The notes beneath the pieces are model-generated. The model was given only the letters and a program-made list of their open reading frames with translations, had not been told where the DNA came from and ran no database searches. From Malacoraja senta (taxonomy: Eukaryota): a DNA stretch of 64,000 nt. Position numbers and translations under genes: made by a program. The DNA is taken from positions 684,001 to 748,000 of the forward strand of contig CM075998.1 in NCBI GenBank assembly GCA_038087875.1. Reading direction: 5' to 3'. Of the stretch, positions 37,831 to 57,516 are shown piece by piece (position 1 is the first letter of the stretch; each line of letters opens with the position of its first letter).

Positions 37831-38715
37831 CTGCGAGTAGACAGGAGATTACCCCTCCAGCAGTTAGTTTTTTTGCTCAAGATTCCAGCATCTTCTGTCT
37901 CGTGTCTCCCCAGCCTGTCTCTGTGCTGGAAGACTACCCTGGCTTATACAAAAATTGTTCGATGAAACCGATGAGAATAATGAATAAAATATATTTTGAC
38001 GAATTAAGATCGAAGGCCACATAGGAAAATGACGATAACTTTGGTTTCAAAAATAGCTATTCCTAAAAGATCTGTCAATTTTAATACAATTTTCAGCTAA
38101 AAGATAAAGCTGAAAGGAAAAACAAATGAAGACATTTCTCATTACATCCTCAAGATGGTGCAAAATGCAACATAATTAAAATCTAAAATGTTGTTAATGT
38201 TGCATTTGCACAAGCAGCTGTTCATTTGTGCACTGCAAGATCCCATGAATGGCAAACAAAATGGATAGCAATGATCCATTTTTGATGCAAATGCAAAGGG
38301 AAGAAAGTTGGCCACCACAGTGGCATAATACTCCTTGGTGCCAGAGGATTTGTATTTAGATTAAAGGCATCACCATTTGCAACCTCCAACAGTGCATCAC
38401 TCTGTTCCACACTACAGAGCCAGCCTGGATGTTGTGCTCGTTGTCTGAAATAGGATTTGAACCCACAACCTTTTCGCCTTGGTTGATCCTATGACAGATC
38501 GTAGATGGCACACAAGACAGTTATGCTAAAAGGGCAACATTATTTTGGACAGTAACATAGCCTGGAGCCTGTGTGATAAATTCCCTTAGGTGTAGAGAGA
38601 AAGGCATCACTATTTATGACTGCAAGATGCTCCAAAGCTGCTAAATTATTTCTGAAGTGTGGTCTCTGTAGCAGTGCGAGAAGCTAGGGTATAAGCAAGT
38701 CTCTGAACTAACATG

Positions 38716-38860
38716 AGTAATAAGGAACTGCAGATGCTGGTTTAAACCGAAGATAAGACACAAGAAGCTGGAGTAACTCAGCAGGACAGGCAGCATCTCT
38801 GGAGAAGGAATGGGTGACGTTTCGGGTCGAGACCCTTCTTCAGAGCTATTTGTGTCTATT
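38716..38860. mobile_element. Penelope-derived short element with 14-bp TSD
   Basis: aaggaactgcagatgctgg...gacgtttcgggtcgagacccttcttcag; TSD tctgaactaacatg at 38702-38715 and 38861-38874. Confidence 0.8.
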
Positions 38861-39281
38861 TCTGAACTAACATGTTTGCACACAAATCTCACAGCAACAA
38901 TGCAAACTTGCTAGAATAAACAGCCATGGTGATAACTCACGATGCAAACTGTTCACCGGGATTTCCTACAGGGGTGATTATAATGATGTGTTCCTCACTT
39001 TTTATTGAAGGATAAAATAGAACATCTCAAAAATGGAACAAGCAGACAGATTTTCAATGCATCTGTTGGCACAGCAAAATACCTACCCACCACGCAGTGA
39101 TAGTTATTAACACTTGCTCAGATTTATTTTGTCTCGCTTTATGCTTTTTGTAAAAAAGAGGTGGCGCATTCTTCAATGCAGTGGCCCAGTGGCTGAGGCT
39201 AAAACAAGACACCCAGTATTGTCCAACTGAGCAATGTGCCTTTCAACTGTCTTTGTAAAATCAAGGCAAGAAGTGCTCTCC

Positions 39282-44943
<5,662 letters not shown>

Positions 44944-45150
44944 TCTCGCCGATTCCGTGAGGAGAGACGGGCAGCAGCATCAGCGGCCAAGTGTTCGCTC
45001 GGAAGGGAAGCTCGCGCTGCCCCGCGCGCCCAAAATACGTCATCAGCGCGCTCCCGCCGAGGCCACGTGAGCGGCTCCAGCAGCCCGTTGCTGTGGTGAT
45101 GTGCAGTCGCTCGCTGTCCCCACACAAGGAGGCATAAAAGTGGCGCTTCT
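44944..45150 (-). promoter_or_regulatory. METTL1 CpG-island promoter
   Basis: Dense CpG, ETS-like cggaag ~45000, CRE-like tacgtca ~45036, E-box CACGTG 45064-45069. Confidence 0.65.
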
Positions 45151-45290
45151 TGCAGGGGGGGGGAGTGACCATATTTTGTGTCATAGATAAAAAATATAGT
45201 TCCACTTTCATCTTGGATTATTACCTATTTTATTATTTGACCACATCTGCCTCTAACTTATAATAGACCAGATATCTTGGTTGTCAGTAG

Positions 45291-45412
45291 AGGCTGGAGA
45301 ATATTCCCAAATAGGAAGGGAGAGGGACTAGGGCTGGAGAATATTCCAGAAGTCGGGAGTGGAAAGACTTGGCGCGGAGAATATTCTAGAAATAGGGAGA
45401 TGAGAAACTAGG
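45291..45412. repeat. Three 40-bp degenerate tandem units, each with a heat-shock-element-like core
   Basis: GAAtaTTCccAAA (45299), GAAtaTTCcaGAA (45339), GAAtaTTCtaGAA (45379). Confidence 0.75.
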
Positions 45413-47470
45413 AATGGATTGCAAAGCAAAATGAGAATTTTTGAATTGTTCTTGACTAAGAACAAACAACAAAATTTAGCATAGCTTAAGGGTTATCAGG
45501 ATAAAGTCAAGTCAAAGAGTTAAGTTTTAAAAAGAGGAGGAAAGACAGGGAGAGGTCTTACTTGGCAAACTACATAGCTAGCTGTGTTTCCATCTATTTG
45601 GCAATGGGAATCGCAGGTTCTGATCTTTTATTCAAACAAAAGCAAAAGGAAGAAATCTTTGCATTCAGGTCACAAACATCAGTTCCAGTTCTAGCCCATA
45701 GTGCAGTGTCTCAAAATAACATAAAAGACTCTGGTAGAAAGTTCCCAGTGGAGAGAAAGAACCATTCCATTCTCCATCATTGAACGAACTTCATCAATGG
45801 AGGATATTAAAAACAAATCTGACTGAATGGAACTCGTAGTTCAGCAGTATGCACTTAGTCAATCTGTGATGTGTGAAATTAGGAAATTACATTTTTAACC
45901 TGATCTCATCGCATGCTTGGCAGCAGTTCTCAGTTAAAAGAGCCATTACGGTTTTGTGGAGTCTGCATTATCAACCAGAGTGATGCTTCATGGTATTGTG
46001 GTCCAGAGATCCCAACTGATAGTGAAGCTTTCCTCATATAGGCTGGATCATCTTTAAAAATGCTCCATCTTTGGATGTCTTCTAGTTATTCTTAAAAACC
46101 ACTAGACAAACCTAACAAGCTGTTGAACAAATTTGCTCTGAGGTTAGGGATTAATGTGGTGACTGTCTGCAATTGTGTTTCCATGGTTCAAATACCTTGT
46201 TTTGATCAGGACTGGAGCAGGGATTTCTAAATATACTTTGAGGCTCTAAATCCTGGAGTTAGACATCTCAGACGGGGGAAAACACCTCCCCTATATTTAT
46301 CCTGTAAAAAAAATAATTATAATTTGGAGACATGAGAATCTGCTGATGCTGTAATTTTGAGCAAAACGCAAAGTGCTAGAGGAACTCAGCAGGTCAGGCG
46401 GCATCTGTGGAGGGAATGGACAAGCGACGTTTTGGAGTGGGAATATTTATGGAAGAAGGGTTCCAACCTGAAGTATCGTCTGTCCATTCTCTCCACAGAT
46501 GCTGCCTGACACAATGAGTTCCTCAGTGTTTAGGGAAACATGTTTTTGAAACCAGTTTCTACAAATTCTCTCAGAATTCTCCAAAGTTGAAGCCTTGAAA
46601 CAGGAGAAATTCCTCGGCATTCCCAGTCGATCGGCAGCATGTAAATATGGTGTCAAGATTTTAAAGTTATGTTAATGTATCAAGCTTTGGGAACACAGGA
46701 AGCATTCAGCAAACTGCTCTTCATTTCTCATTAACAGAGAAAATGAATCATTTCCTGCATAAAAGGCTAAGAAACAGTAGCTGACGAGAACACAAATTAT
46801 CCAATTTTGTTAACTAATGAGACATTCAAAGCCATTGGCATGAAACTGAGCAACGGATTTCTATTCCCTAGGAGGGAATCTCTGAGTTGCACATTAATCA
46901 TTGCAATCTGCCCTCAGTGTGATGCAGTATTTCCCCAGCATGATGAATATTTTAGCTTGGAAGAGCTTCCTAGAGTGACTGAACATAGGTCGTCCTGTGC
47001 CCTTAACCTTCCTCTTTCCAATGCTCTTATTTATCCCAGTTGGTCTTGATAATATCACACAATATCATAGTTATTCTTTGGTGTCATGTTTCCAGTCAAG
47101 GTCCCTTCACTTGCCAGAACTCAACCACCCAAATGAAGACTGTGTTGTAGTCCCAAGTCCCAGGGGTTGGGTGATTGATATGTGGACACTGGCACCAGCC
47201 TAGACTGGTACTTGGCATTGTCGGTGGGATGCTGCAATGCTTCACTGCAGCCTCTGCTGCATAGGCAGGGCTGCATATTACCCTAGTTCTACAACTCCCA
47301 AAACATCATCTTTTCCAGGTACTCAAACTCGGCTTCATTTTGCATTTTGGACTGTTATAAAGCCAAAATTGGAACTGTATTGAAGCCTCAGTATCGATTC
47401 CACTGAGTCTATCAGGGGATGAATAAGGTGAATTTTTGGGGGGAATATTTGGGGGTAATGCATGATAGTG

Positions 47471-47775
47471 GGTTTAGTTTAGAGATACAGTGCGGAAACA
47501 GGCCCTTTGCCCACCAAGTCCGCGTCAACCAGCGATCACCCCATACACTAACACTATCCTACACACTAGGGACCATTTTCAATCTTTACCAAAGGCAATT
47601 AACCTACAAACCTGTATATCTTTGGAGTGTGGGAGGAAACCGGAACACCCGGAGAAAACCCAAGCTGGTCACAGGGGAACATACAAACTCCGTACAGACA
47701 GCACCTGAGGTTAGGATCAAACCCGGGTCTCTGGAACTGTAAGACAGCAACTCTACCACTGCGCCACCGTGCTGC
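47471..47775 (-). mobile_element. V-SINE (HE1-like), full length
   Basis: Reverse complement of gcacggtggcgcagtggtagagttgctgtcttacagttccagagacccgggtttgatcc...tgtatctctaaactaaac. Confidence 0.8.
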
Positions 47776-50700
47776 ACTGTCGTGATGGTGGGTGTCATCG
47801 TGCACCCATGGTTGTGAGAGACTCCAGGACAAACCTGGAAAGTGGCACTTAAATAGGCAGTAAGATAAAAGCGGATGAGAGAGAACTTCAAATGGAGACA
47901 AAATAACTATCTCACTGCTCATGGGTGAATTTGCTGGGTGGGGTAATGATTGATGAAGTAAGAAACTATTACAGAGAGTTCAACGTACCATGTCCATCCA
48001 ATAGTTACCTCAATAGGATTTTGAGGAAAATGATTTTTCTGCCCTTCCTTTTGTGCGATTGAATTTTGCAGGATGACTAACTTGCTAGAAACAATTAGAA
48101 AAATGGACTAACTTTGTCAAATATTAGCATACATTTGCTCTCTTGACAATCCCATTGTGCTTGTTAAATCTGAGCAGCTATTATTTTTGCTCCCTTCAAT
48201 CTTATTCAACCTTAATTCCCTGTCAGTTGGACAAATGTCATTCTATTAAACAACTCCAGTTTAATTCAAGGCGTGTACCAGACCATGTCACTTTGAAAAT
48301 CTGCTCATACATATTTCATGATGCATTTGTATGCAACGAATAACTGTAGATAACAGCAGGAAAGGTTAGATTGTATTTTACTGACATATGACCCATGCAT
48401 TTATTTGTTTTGAGAACATTGATATGCGAAATTTTGGGTTGGGGCCCTTCTTGAAGTTACTCCTGCACTTTGTGTCCTTTTGTGTAAACCAGCACCTGCA
48501 GTTCCTTGTTTCTAGATCACGAATGAAGATTTGCTTTCGACAGCCACATATGAAATCAGACCTGGAATCGGCCATTAGGACTCTCATGTCTCCTCTCCCA
48601 TTCAGTAAGATCCTGGCTAGTCTGATCATTGCATCAACTCCACTTCCCAGGCTGATTTTCCCATCTCCAAAATCTCAGTCGTGGAAAAACTCAGCAGCTC
48701 TCCAAAGTGAAACAATTCTAAAGGTTAACATCTTGAGAGAACAAGTCCCTCATCTCAGTCTCAAGTGACCATTCCTAATCCTGAAATAATTCCCTCCGTT
48801 TTCATCTGAGGGGGAACCAGTTGAACATTTGGACTAAAATACTGCAGAAGTTGGAAATCTAAAACAAAAGCAGTAAATGTTGGAAGGATCAACAGGTTAA
48901 ACAGCGTACGTGAGGTGAGAAAAGAGTCGATGTTTCAGGTCAAGGATCCTTCATCAGAACTAGAAAAATGAGAAAACAAGCGTGTTAAGTTACAGAGAGA
49001 GAGAGAGAGAGAGAGAAAGAAAGAAAGAGCAAGAGGGAGGAGAGTCAGTGTAATACAACACAGAAACAGGCCCTTAGACCCAACTCGTCCATGATCGCCC
49101 ATCTAAGCTAGTCCCATTTGCCTGCGTTTGGTCCATATCCCTCTAAACCTTTCTATCCATGTGTACCTGTCCAAATGTCAAATGTCTTGAAATGCTGTTA
49201 TAGCACCTGACTTAACTACCTCCTCTGGTAGCTTATTTCTTATACCCAACACTCTCTGTGAAAAAGTTGCCCCTCGGGTTCCTATTAAATCTTTCCCCTC
49301 TCACCTTAAACCTACGTCCCTGGTTCTTAATTCCCCTACTCTACGTGAAAGACTGTGCATCACCATATTCCACTCATGAGTTTATACAGCTCCAAATGCT
49401 TCCAATTTGTTCCTTCATCCAAAGAATTGTTGAATTCTGCCACCAAATGGTGGGTGGGAATGTCTGGTGTCGTATATAGGCTGGATCATAATTCTGCCAC
49501 CATGATGAGGAAAAAATAGATCAGCAATGATTAAATGGCGGAGCTGACTTGATGGGGCCCAATGGCTTAATTCCGCTCCTTTGTCTTATGGTCTTATGAT
49601 TGGTAAGGATCTGAGAAAGCCTTGCAACAAGAAAAGAATGTGGATTATTCAAACATTAGGAACCAATGAGCCTCAGTATTTCAAGTTGTTCATGGGTTGT
49701 GTGTGTCGCTGACAAGGTTGGAATTAACTTCCCATCCTCAATTGTACATTGAGTTGAGTCGTTGGCTGGTTCATTCCACAAGGCAGTGAAGAGTCGATCA
49801 TATTCGGAGAGTCTAGTGTCATATAGAAGCCTGCTCGGAGAAGAATGGCAGATTTCCTCTCGCAATGGACATTGGTGAACCAGCAGATTCATGGTCACTG
49901 TTACAAAGACTGGCTTTTAATTCTAAATTTATGTCATTGACTGAATTTAAATTCCCCAGCTGCTATAGTGAGTTTTAAACTCGTATCCCTGGATCAATAG
50001 TCTAGGCCCTGCCAGCAGTTATAAATGTATGGCATTGCAGTATGAATTCCTAAAACACCTGTAAATATTCAACAATGAAAATGGAACTTGGCTTTTGAGG
50101 CATCATAAATCAGTCCTCTGGAGATTTGTTAAGTCTCCTGCTGGCGATTAACTTGTCTGGTTAGATGTTTTATTTGCTGTATGGCCATGTGACAGGGTAA
50201 ATAAGAGGAAAATGCAACAAGGATATACTCAAAAACAGCATTAACCCTGAACTGGGATGACACAGATATCAATGAGAAATTTTCTCTCTCTGGACAGTGG
50301 GCAAGAGATTTGTTAATCCATCAACCATTCTGTGAGAGGATAGAATGGGAGCCTAAACTCAAACTGATTATTGTTAGAAGGTGGCACACAGCATGTGCAT
50401 AGAGTGCCCCCAAATTACTCTGAGTAACTCACTCCAAGATGAAAAGCATCTGCCATTTCACAAGTAAGATATGGCTGAGCAAGTCTATTTGGAATAAAAA
50501 CTCAAAATGTGAACACAAACACAAAACTCATCAGATCCGGCAGCATCTGTGGAAATAAAAACAGTTAACAGGGTGGCACAGTGGTTAGCAGTGGAGCTAC
50601 TGCCCTACAGTGCCAGAGACTACGATTCGATCCTGACTACAGGTGCTGTCTGTACAGAGTTTGCACGTTCTCCCTGTGACCGTGTGGGTTTGTAGGTTAA

Positions 50701-53700
50701 TTGGCTTCACTAAAAATTGGTGATGGTGGATTCATGATGGTCATACTTTTGAACATCATGAGTAGGTAGGTATGAGTAGGTATTCTGGGGGTCACCACTG
50801 ACTGGAAATTTAGCTGGACCAACTGCATAAAGACCATGGCTACAAGACCAGGTCTGAAGTTGCATATCCTGCAGCAAGCGACTCAACTCCTGATACCCCA
50901 TGGTTTTTCTAACACTACTGTTTCAACAATATGAGGTAATATTCTCCAGTTGTCTGGATGTGTGCCACCCGAACAACACTCAAAATGCTTGATACTATCC
51001 AGGATAAAGCAACACGCAAGCATCAAGCAGCCTAAGTATTCATTCCCTCAACCACCAGTGAACCGTGGTTGCAATGTATACTATCTATGAATTGTACATG
51101 TAGTTACTCACTGAGGTTACTTTCATGGCACCTCCTGAACCTGCAATCTTTTATCAGCAAGAAGGACAAGTCACACAGCATTCTGATCTGCAAAATATAT
51201 CACCATTTATTCACTGTCACTATGTCTAGATTCTCAATTCCCTGCTCGAAGATTGCAGCATTTCAAGAATCACTTTCTGAAGGGCAATTAGAAATGGACA
51301 ATAAATACTGGCTTGCCAGTGACACTCTCATCCCATAAATGAATATGAAGAGATAAATCTGCCTGCTAACTGTCGCAAAAAGGAATTCATTGTATACAAT
51401 ATGCTTCAGGATGCCTGGATACCTGCAGTAGGAGGCTACATACAAGCTCTTTCTTTTTGATTGCAGAGTGATAATGGCTTTCAAACAAAACACATTTTTC
51501 TGAGATTTCTTTGGAAAACAATTAGCTGAAGGTTCCTGCCGTGAATCTACATCAAAATTAATTGGATGCTGCACCATTAATACTTAAGTATAATTATTAA
51601 TGGAAACAGCATTTAAAAATAAACTCCGCAACAGCTGGAGTTGAATGTGGTCCCTCAGGCTTTCTACTAAACACACCAGGCTTTCAGTGCAATTCTGTTT
51701 TAGTGTTGGGTATTCAGGAGATTATAAGGAAAGGCTTACATTCACAATACACCAAAATGTTTCACAACCAACGAATTACCTTTCTGAAGTGCAGCTGTAA
51801 TGTAGGAAATGTGGCAGCCAATTTGTGCACAGAAAGAGCTTACAAACACCAGCGTGGGGTTGAGATGATTTCCAGAGAGTTGTTTAATGATCACAAATGA
51901 AGGGTAAATATTGATCACAGCACATCAGGGAGTGCTCCTCTGTGCATCTTCTTAATCGTGTGATGCTATCTATGATGCCATCTGATCTATTAATGTCTCG
52001 TGAGGGGGAGGGAGAACAAAGGAGGACCTGGCGCAGGATTTGTCAGCGCCTTTTATGTGGTGACCATTTGCATACCTTGGATGCAAAGAATTTCACTGTG
52101 ACTTGTCAAATCTGTTTATTTATGTGCATATATATGGTCTATGCAATATAGACACACCGAACTGTTCTGTATTTATGCTCACAATACTCTGTTGTGCTGC
52201 AGCAAGCAAGAATTTCATTGTCCTAACTGGGACACATTCAAAAATCAGCATCTCTGGCAGTTCAGCACTCTCAGCACTGGTGCCCTTAGCCTCAGCTGCC
52301 TGGGCCTCCCTAGCTTTGGAACTCTCCCCTCACCCCCCCCCCCCCCCAATCTTTCCACCCATTATGAGACATATCTTAATGCCTACCTCTTTGGCTGAGT
52401 TTTTGATCTCCTGTTCTTCATCTCCTGATATGGCTCCACATCAGATTTTGTTGGATAATACTCCTATGAAACATTTTGGGATTTATTAGCTATTGTATGC
52501 TGCTAGTGCTACATAAATGGAAGTTATTGTCTGGGTATAAAATCATTAATTGCCTTGAATGTGGCATGGGACTGAAATCCAACTGTTAAGCCCAGTGACA
52601 TTTTATAATAATGCAAAGTCAGTATTAGGTAATTCATTGTTATACAAACTACAGATCAAGAGTTTCTGTCACATTCCCACATGCACAATCAATATTTGTT
52701 TAATTTATTCCTAGTTTGATTTTATTAGATTGAAATTAGATTAGATTGATGGAGTGGAGGGGAAAAAGAGATGAGAAGGGGTGAAGCAAGAGGTGGTAAG
52801 TGACAGATCCCACTATTTTACTATTCCCCCTGTTCCCTTCTACCCACTATCCATTCGTTTCTACATTTCACTCCTCATCTGAAGGGTGCCGACCTGAAAT
52901 GTTTTCTGTGCATTCCCTCCACAGATGCTGCCTAATCCGCTGAGTCCCTCCAGCACTTTGTGCTTTGCTCAAAATTCCAGCACCTGCAGTTCCTTGTGTT
53001 TACATGCATTTCTCTGCTGCCTTTCACAACCTTGGGGCACTTTACAGCCAATGAAATACAGCCCCTGTTGTTATTTGAAAAACGTGGCAGCAAGCTGTGA
53101 CAAACATTAACTTAATAATGACCAGATGTTGAGCAAGAGATTAGTGTTGCCCTCAAGGATACTTCCCTTGCCCTTCAAGAGTCACAATAGGATCCATTGC
53201 ATCCACCTAAAAGGGCAGTTAGGATCTTGATTTAATTTATCATCTGAAAAATAACTCAACAGTGTAGCACTCCTCCCCCCCCCCCCCCCCCGCCTCCCCT
53301 TGCAAGTTCAGTGCTCTGTTCATACAGCCCCTCCGACATCCAGCACTCCCACTCCCTCAGCGCAGCTCCTCTGACTGTTTGGTACTCTCTTGATATTGCC
53401 TCTCTTGACAATGCAGTGGCGCAGCAGTAGAGTTGCTGCCTTAAAGTGCCAGAGACCCGGGTTCGCAACAAAATCAGCTTCAGCACCAACGCGGATTCCA
53501 CATCTCATTAGTTGCATGGTTCCCTCCCCTTAATGCACTGTTTTTGTATTACTTTTATTTCAAACACAAAATTCACAGAGTTGATTTAAATCATGTTCTC
53601 AAAGAGCCTGTCTTTACTTACTTACTTACTTACTGCCTATTATGCCTCCTGGCATGTAGGGCAGCAACGAAGGTTCTCCACTCCTGTTGATTCCTTCAGT

Positions 53701-56349
53701 TGCTGTTTCCGTAACATATTTGTTTTACGAGACAGGGTTGTTAGCCCTGTGCTCAACCTCCAACCTGGAGGACCTTTTATTTATAGCCTGTCTTTACTTC
53801 TCAACAATGCTTATCGCAATAGAAATGGATAGATTTCAGGATCCAAGTACACTGCAAATAGAAATAAATAATCACGTGGGTAGATATTGGGCCTAAAGAA
53901 TTCAATTTGGAACCACATCTGATTTGAAAGCACAGGCTTTTCGTTACTGCAGGTGGCAGTGAAAGCGTTGAAGATTGCTGCAACATAAAAGACAGTTATG
54001 TTGCCATGACAGCATGCCTCAAAGGTTGCCTACAATGAAACTATGGATCAGGAACAGCAATGATGGGACGTTACTGCATGCTGTGAAAAGGCACAAGGCC
54101 TTTAATCTCCATTTGTCAGTCAGTTTGAACAAAAGTCAGATAATGTTGCATCCCACCAACAAGGCAGCAAATAAAGAGCAATGTCATGTTTTTACTTGGA
54201 AAATACCCTTGCCACTTTCAAGACAAAGAGGGAAGAAAGACTTGTATTTCCATAGTGCCTTTCACATCCCTTCAGGATGTTCCAAAGTGCTTTACACCCA
54301 ATGCAGCACATTTCTTTAATAATTTCAGTAAGGTGCCAGCCCAATCACAAAGCATGATCTCACAGATCATCTATTTTAGTAATGCATATGAAGGTATGAG
54401 TATTGCCTCCAGGACACCAGGAAGAACTCAATTTCTCTTTTCTGATTAGAAATAAATGACCAATAAATCCCTTCAATCTGGCTGGATCTAAATCCTGGAA
54501 GTCCCAAGCAACGGCGCTGTGGGGATAGGACTGCAGCAGTTCACCATCTCCTCAGGGGGCAATTAGGGATAGTCAACAAATGCTGGTCTTGCATTCGACA
54601 CTATTTGCCCACATCTTGCAAATAAATAAAACTAAAATTTCAGCACAAGCCATTGGGTGGGCCTGGGATTGTAATGATAGACACAAGTGGAAGACAAAAT
54701 GAAAAATGAACTTTCACAACCTTGGAACATACAGTCAATACATACAATCAAAATACCTTTTGTGCAAATTGGCAGCTGTACCCCTTGCATGACATCAAGA
54801 AGCAGTTTGTTGGCTGTAAAGTGCTTTGTGATGTCCATAAAGACATGTGAAAGGCATTACAGAAGTGTGCCAATTTGTTCAATACCTAAACTCTAGAAGG
54901 GAGCCTCACCTTGCAATCAGACGCACTCTCCTGATTCAAGAGATCTGCAAGGGTTGCTTGAAAGAAACAGTTGAAGGAGAAATGTTTATTTCTTAAAACT
55001 GAACAACCTAAAAAAAACAGCTATTCTGCCGAATTCCACTCCCCAACTCTCAGTCCAGAGCCCTGTAGGTATGGCACTCCAAGTGCTCATCCAGGTATCT
55101 TTTAATGTAATGACAGTCTCTCTCCTGCATCCTTTCAATAAGCACCAGACTGATCTCCGTTAAGAGACATCAATTTTCACATTTTCAATTGACCCCTCAG
55201 CCACAATCTATCTTTGGAGAAGGACTTGCAGATCTCCTCCAACTCCCGTGTGGAAAATGTATTTCCTGACTCTTCTTCCCCCTAACCCCCATTCCCCTTG
55301 CTTGAGGAATGTTTCTCTCTAATCTATCCAACCCTTTAATCCCCTCCATCAGATCATGCCTTAACCTCCCACATTTCAGGGACCAGATTATGGATTGAAC
55401 GAGGGCTGATAGTTAACACATCCAGACCCGCGAGCACGAGTCAGCGCTGCTCTCCACCATCAATAGAAAAATAATTACACCCACCAATGGAGTGATTGGC
55501 AGAGGAAGAGGACCAGGGTACTCAGTGCTTTCTCACTAAATGGCATCAGTGTGGAGTTGGATTGATCACTTACTGAGCCCTATACTTACAATTTCCCAGC
55601 AGTTTATTCTCAACCTATTTTCCACTTGGTTGTCTCCAAGTCAGCACAAAAATCATTATGTCAATTTCTGATGATGATCAGCATCCTTATAGTTTGAGAT
55701 CAAATATCTGGCTACACACTTGAACTTGCATCATGCCCACCTGTAAAACTTATTTCTGCTTCAGGGAAAGGGGTGGGTTTAGTCATTGGAGGCTGTTCCC
55801 TTGAACACTTGCAAAGTCCTTATGTTTGCCAGTTCCTACAGACCTCCAACACTCCAGTGGCCACCTGGCACCCGACTGTGCGAAGCCTCTCCCCCCAGCT
55901 TTGGGGAGTGGAGAAGCAGAGAAAAGGATCTCTTACTGTTAATAACAAGTAACAAGTGAATTAGGAGATCAACTCTGGTGCCCAGCAATATCTGCCAGAT
56001 ATCATTGAGCTTTTATTTCTTGCATCTCAAAGTCGGGCTCTAGCTTTGAGTCAAGGGTGCTTTATTGTCATATGTCCCAGATAGAACAATGAAATTCTTA
56101 TTTACTTTATGCTCCACTGTCCACCATCCTTCATTGAAAAAAGGTTCTCTCTAAATCAAATAATTGGAAAACCAAAATCCAGGTCAACACCAACAGAATG
56201 TTTCTGGGGGTGGTAGGAGGTCGTCGGTATTCAAATGTTGTTGTGTGATATTGGTAACGTACGTCAGGATGAAAATTTACTGCCATGTTCAAGACGTTAA
56301 AACAACACAAAAAGGAAATTTATACCGAATTGTATTTTAATATATAAAA

Positions 56350-56630
56350 AGTGTCCTGCACATATTAGAATACATTATTTGCTTTTGAGGTGTACCAATT
56401 TGAATTTATTGGATATTCATACAATCTGTGAAACCAAGATAGGGCACTCCTATATATATTCAAATGCACTTTGCGGTACCTTGTTAGGCCACTCTTGTAC
56501 ATATTAAAATACACTTCACAGTACCAAGATAGGACGCTCATTTACATATCAGTATAGACATTATTGGAGCAAGATAGAAACTCCCACAGGTACATTAGAA
56601 CACAATCCATAGTACCGAGTTGGGAGACTG
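56350..56630. repeat. Degenerate 45-bp tandem repeat in or near the MARCHF9 3' UTR
   Basis: accaagatagg..actc...tacatatt...tacact...agt units at 56433, 56478, 56523, 56568 and 56614. Confidence 0.7.
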
Positions 56631-57193
56631 TATAAATGATGTCCCAATAATCCTCACAGATCTATATTTACAGCTCTCCGAAACACCCTCCTAAAAAAAC
56701 AGAAATTTATTTGCCGTCCACCATTTGCATATAAATTAATTGCCTCCTGATTCGAGACAGGAGACAAGAGAAACAGTGACATGCATTAACTTAAAGGTGA
56801 AGTACACAGGGAACTTATTGCCAAAATCCCACAGCATCCTGGAACTGACGTTCGTTATTGCACGCTGTTTTGGTTGATTTTTCAACAAACTACCTTGCGT
56901 TCAATTCCTCTCCGAGTCAGTTCCACTCCCCCCACCCACACCCTCCCCCCCATAATTTGTTTAAGGAGAGTTTTTATTTTTAAAAAATGGTTTAGAAAAC
57001 AATAAAGATGTCAGACTCCAGACGTAGAGATCGAGGCCCAGCATGGCCCATTGCACTGCTGTTGCCATTCTGAGCCTTCAGTTTAATTCACTCTCACAGC
57101 CCCAGCAGTACTTGGCTTTGTCGCATGTACTTTTAAAGTTTTGGTTGTCTTTGTTTTAAATGAGGTTCAGTGAGTGGTCTCTCTTATTTAACC

Positions 57194-57516
57194 TCAGACA
57201 GTTGTAACTCGCATGACCAGCTCTCTGTTTGTGCTGTTACTGTTCTGATGGTTGCTCGGTCTCAGATAGCTGAGAATGTGCAGGATGGTATATCCACAGT
57301 GATGATTCAAAATGGTTCCAGTGCGCTGATTGGAACTCCTGTCATTGTTTGACGAGTGGTTCGTCCGTGAATTCCTTCCCCCTATCTTGCTTGTCCCACT
57401 AATGGCTTCCCCAAGGTCCTTGGCTTTTTCATAGTTCAGTACCTTCCACTGTTGATTCACAGCCTGCCAGCGCTTAAAGATTCGGTACACAGACGATCCC
57501 TCGTGAATGATGAGGC
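57194..57516 (-). CDS. MARCHF9: E3 ubiquitin ligase MARCHF9, last coding exon
   Basis: tgccAG|(G)LIIHEGSSVYRIFKRWQAVNQQWKVLNY...HCGYTILHILS...RELVMRVTTV* with a PDZ-binding C-terminus. Confidence 0.92.

Noticed and set aside
45500..56000. Numerous 60-130 aa ORFs between METTL1 and MARCHF9, where EEF1AKMT3 would lie in the human arrangement
   Set aside because: No recognisable protein motifs or exon structure; mostly decayed SINE/LINE sequence.
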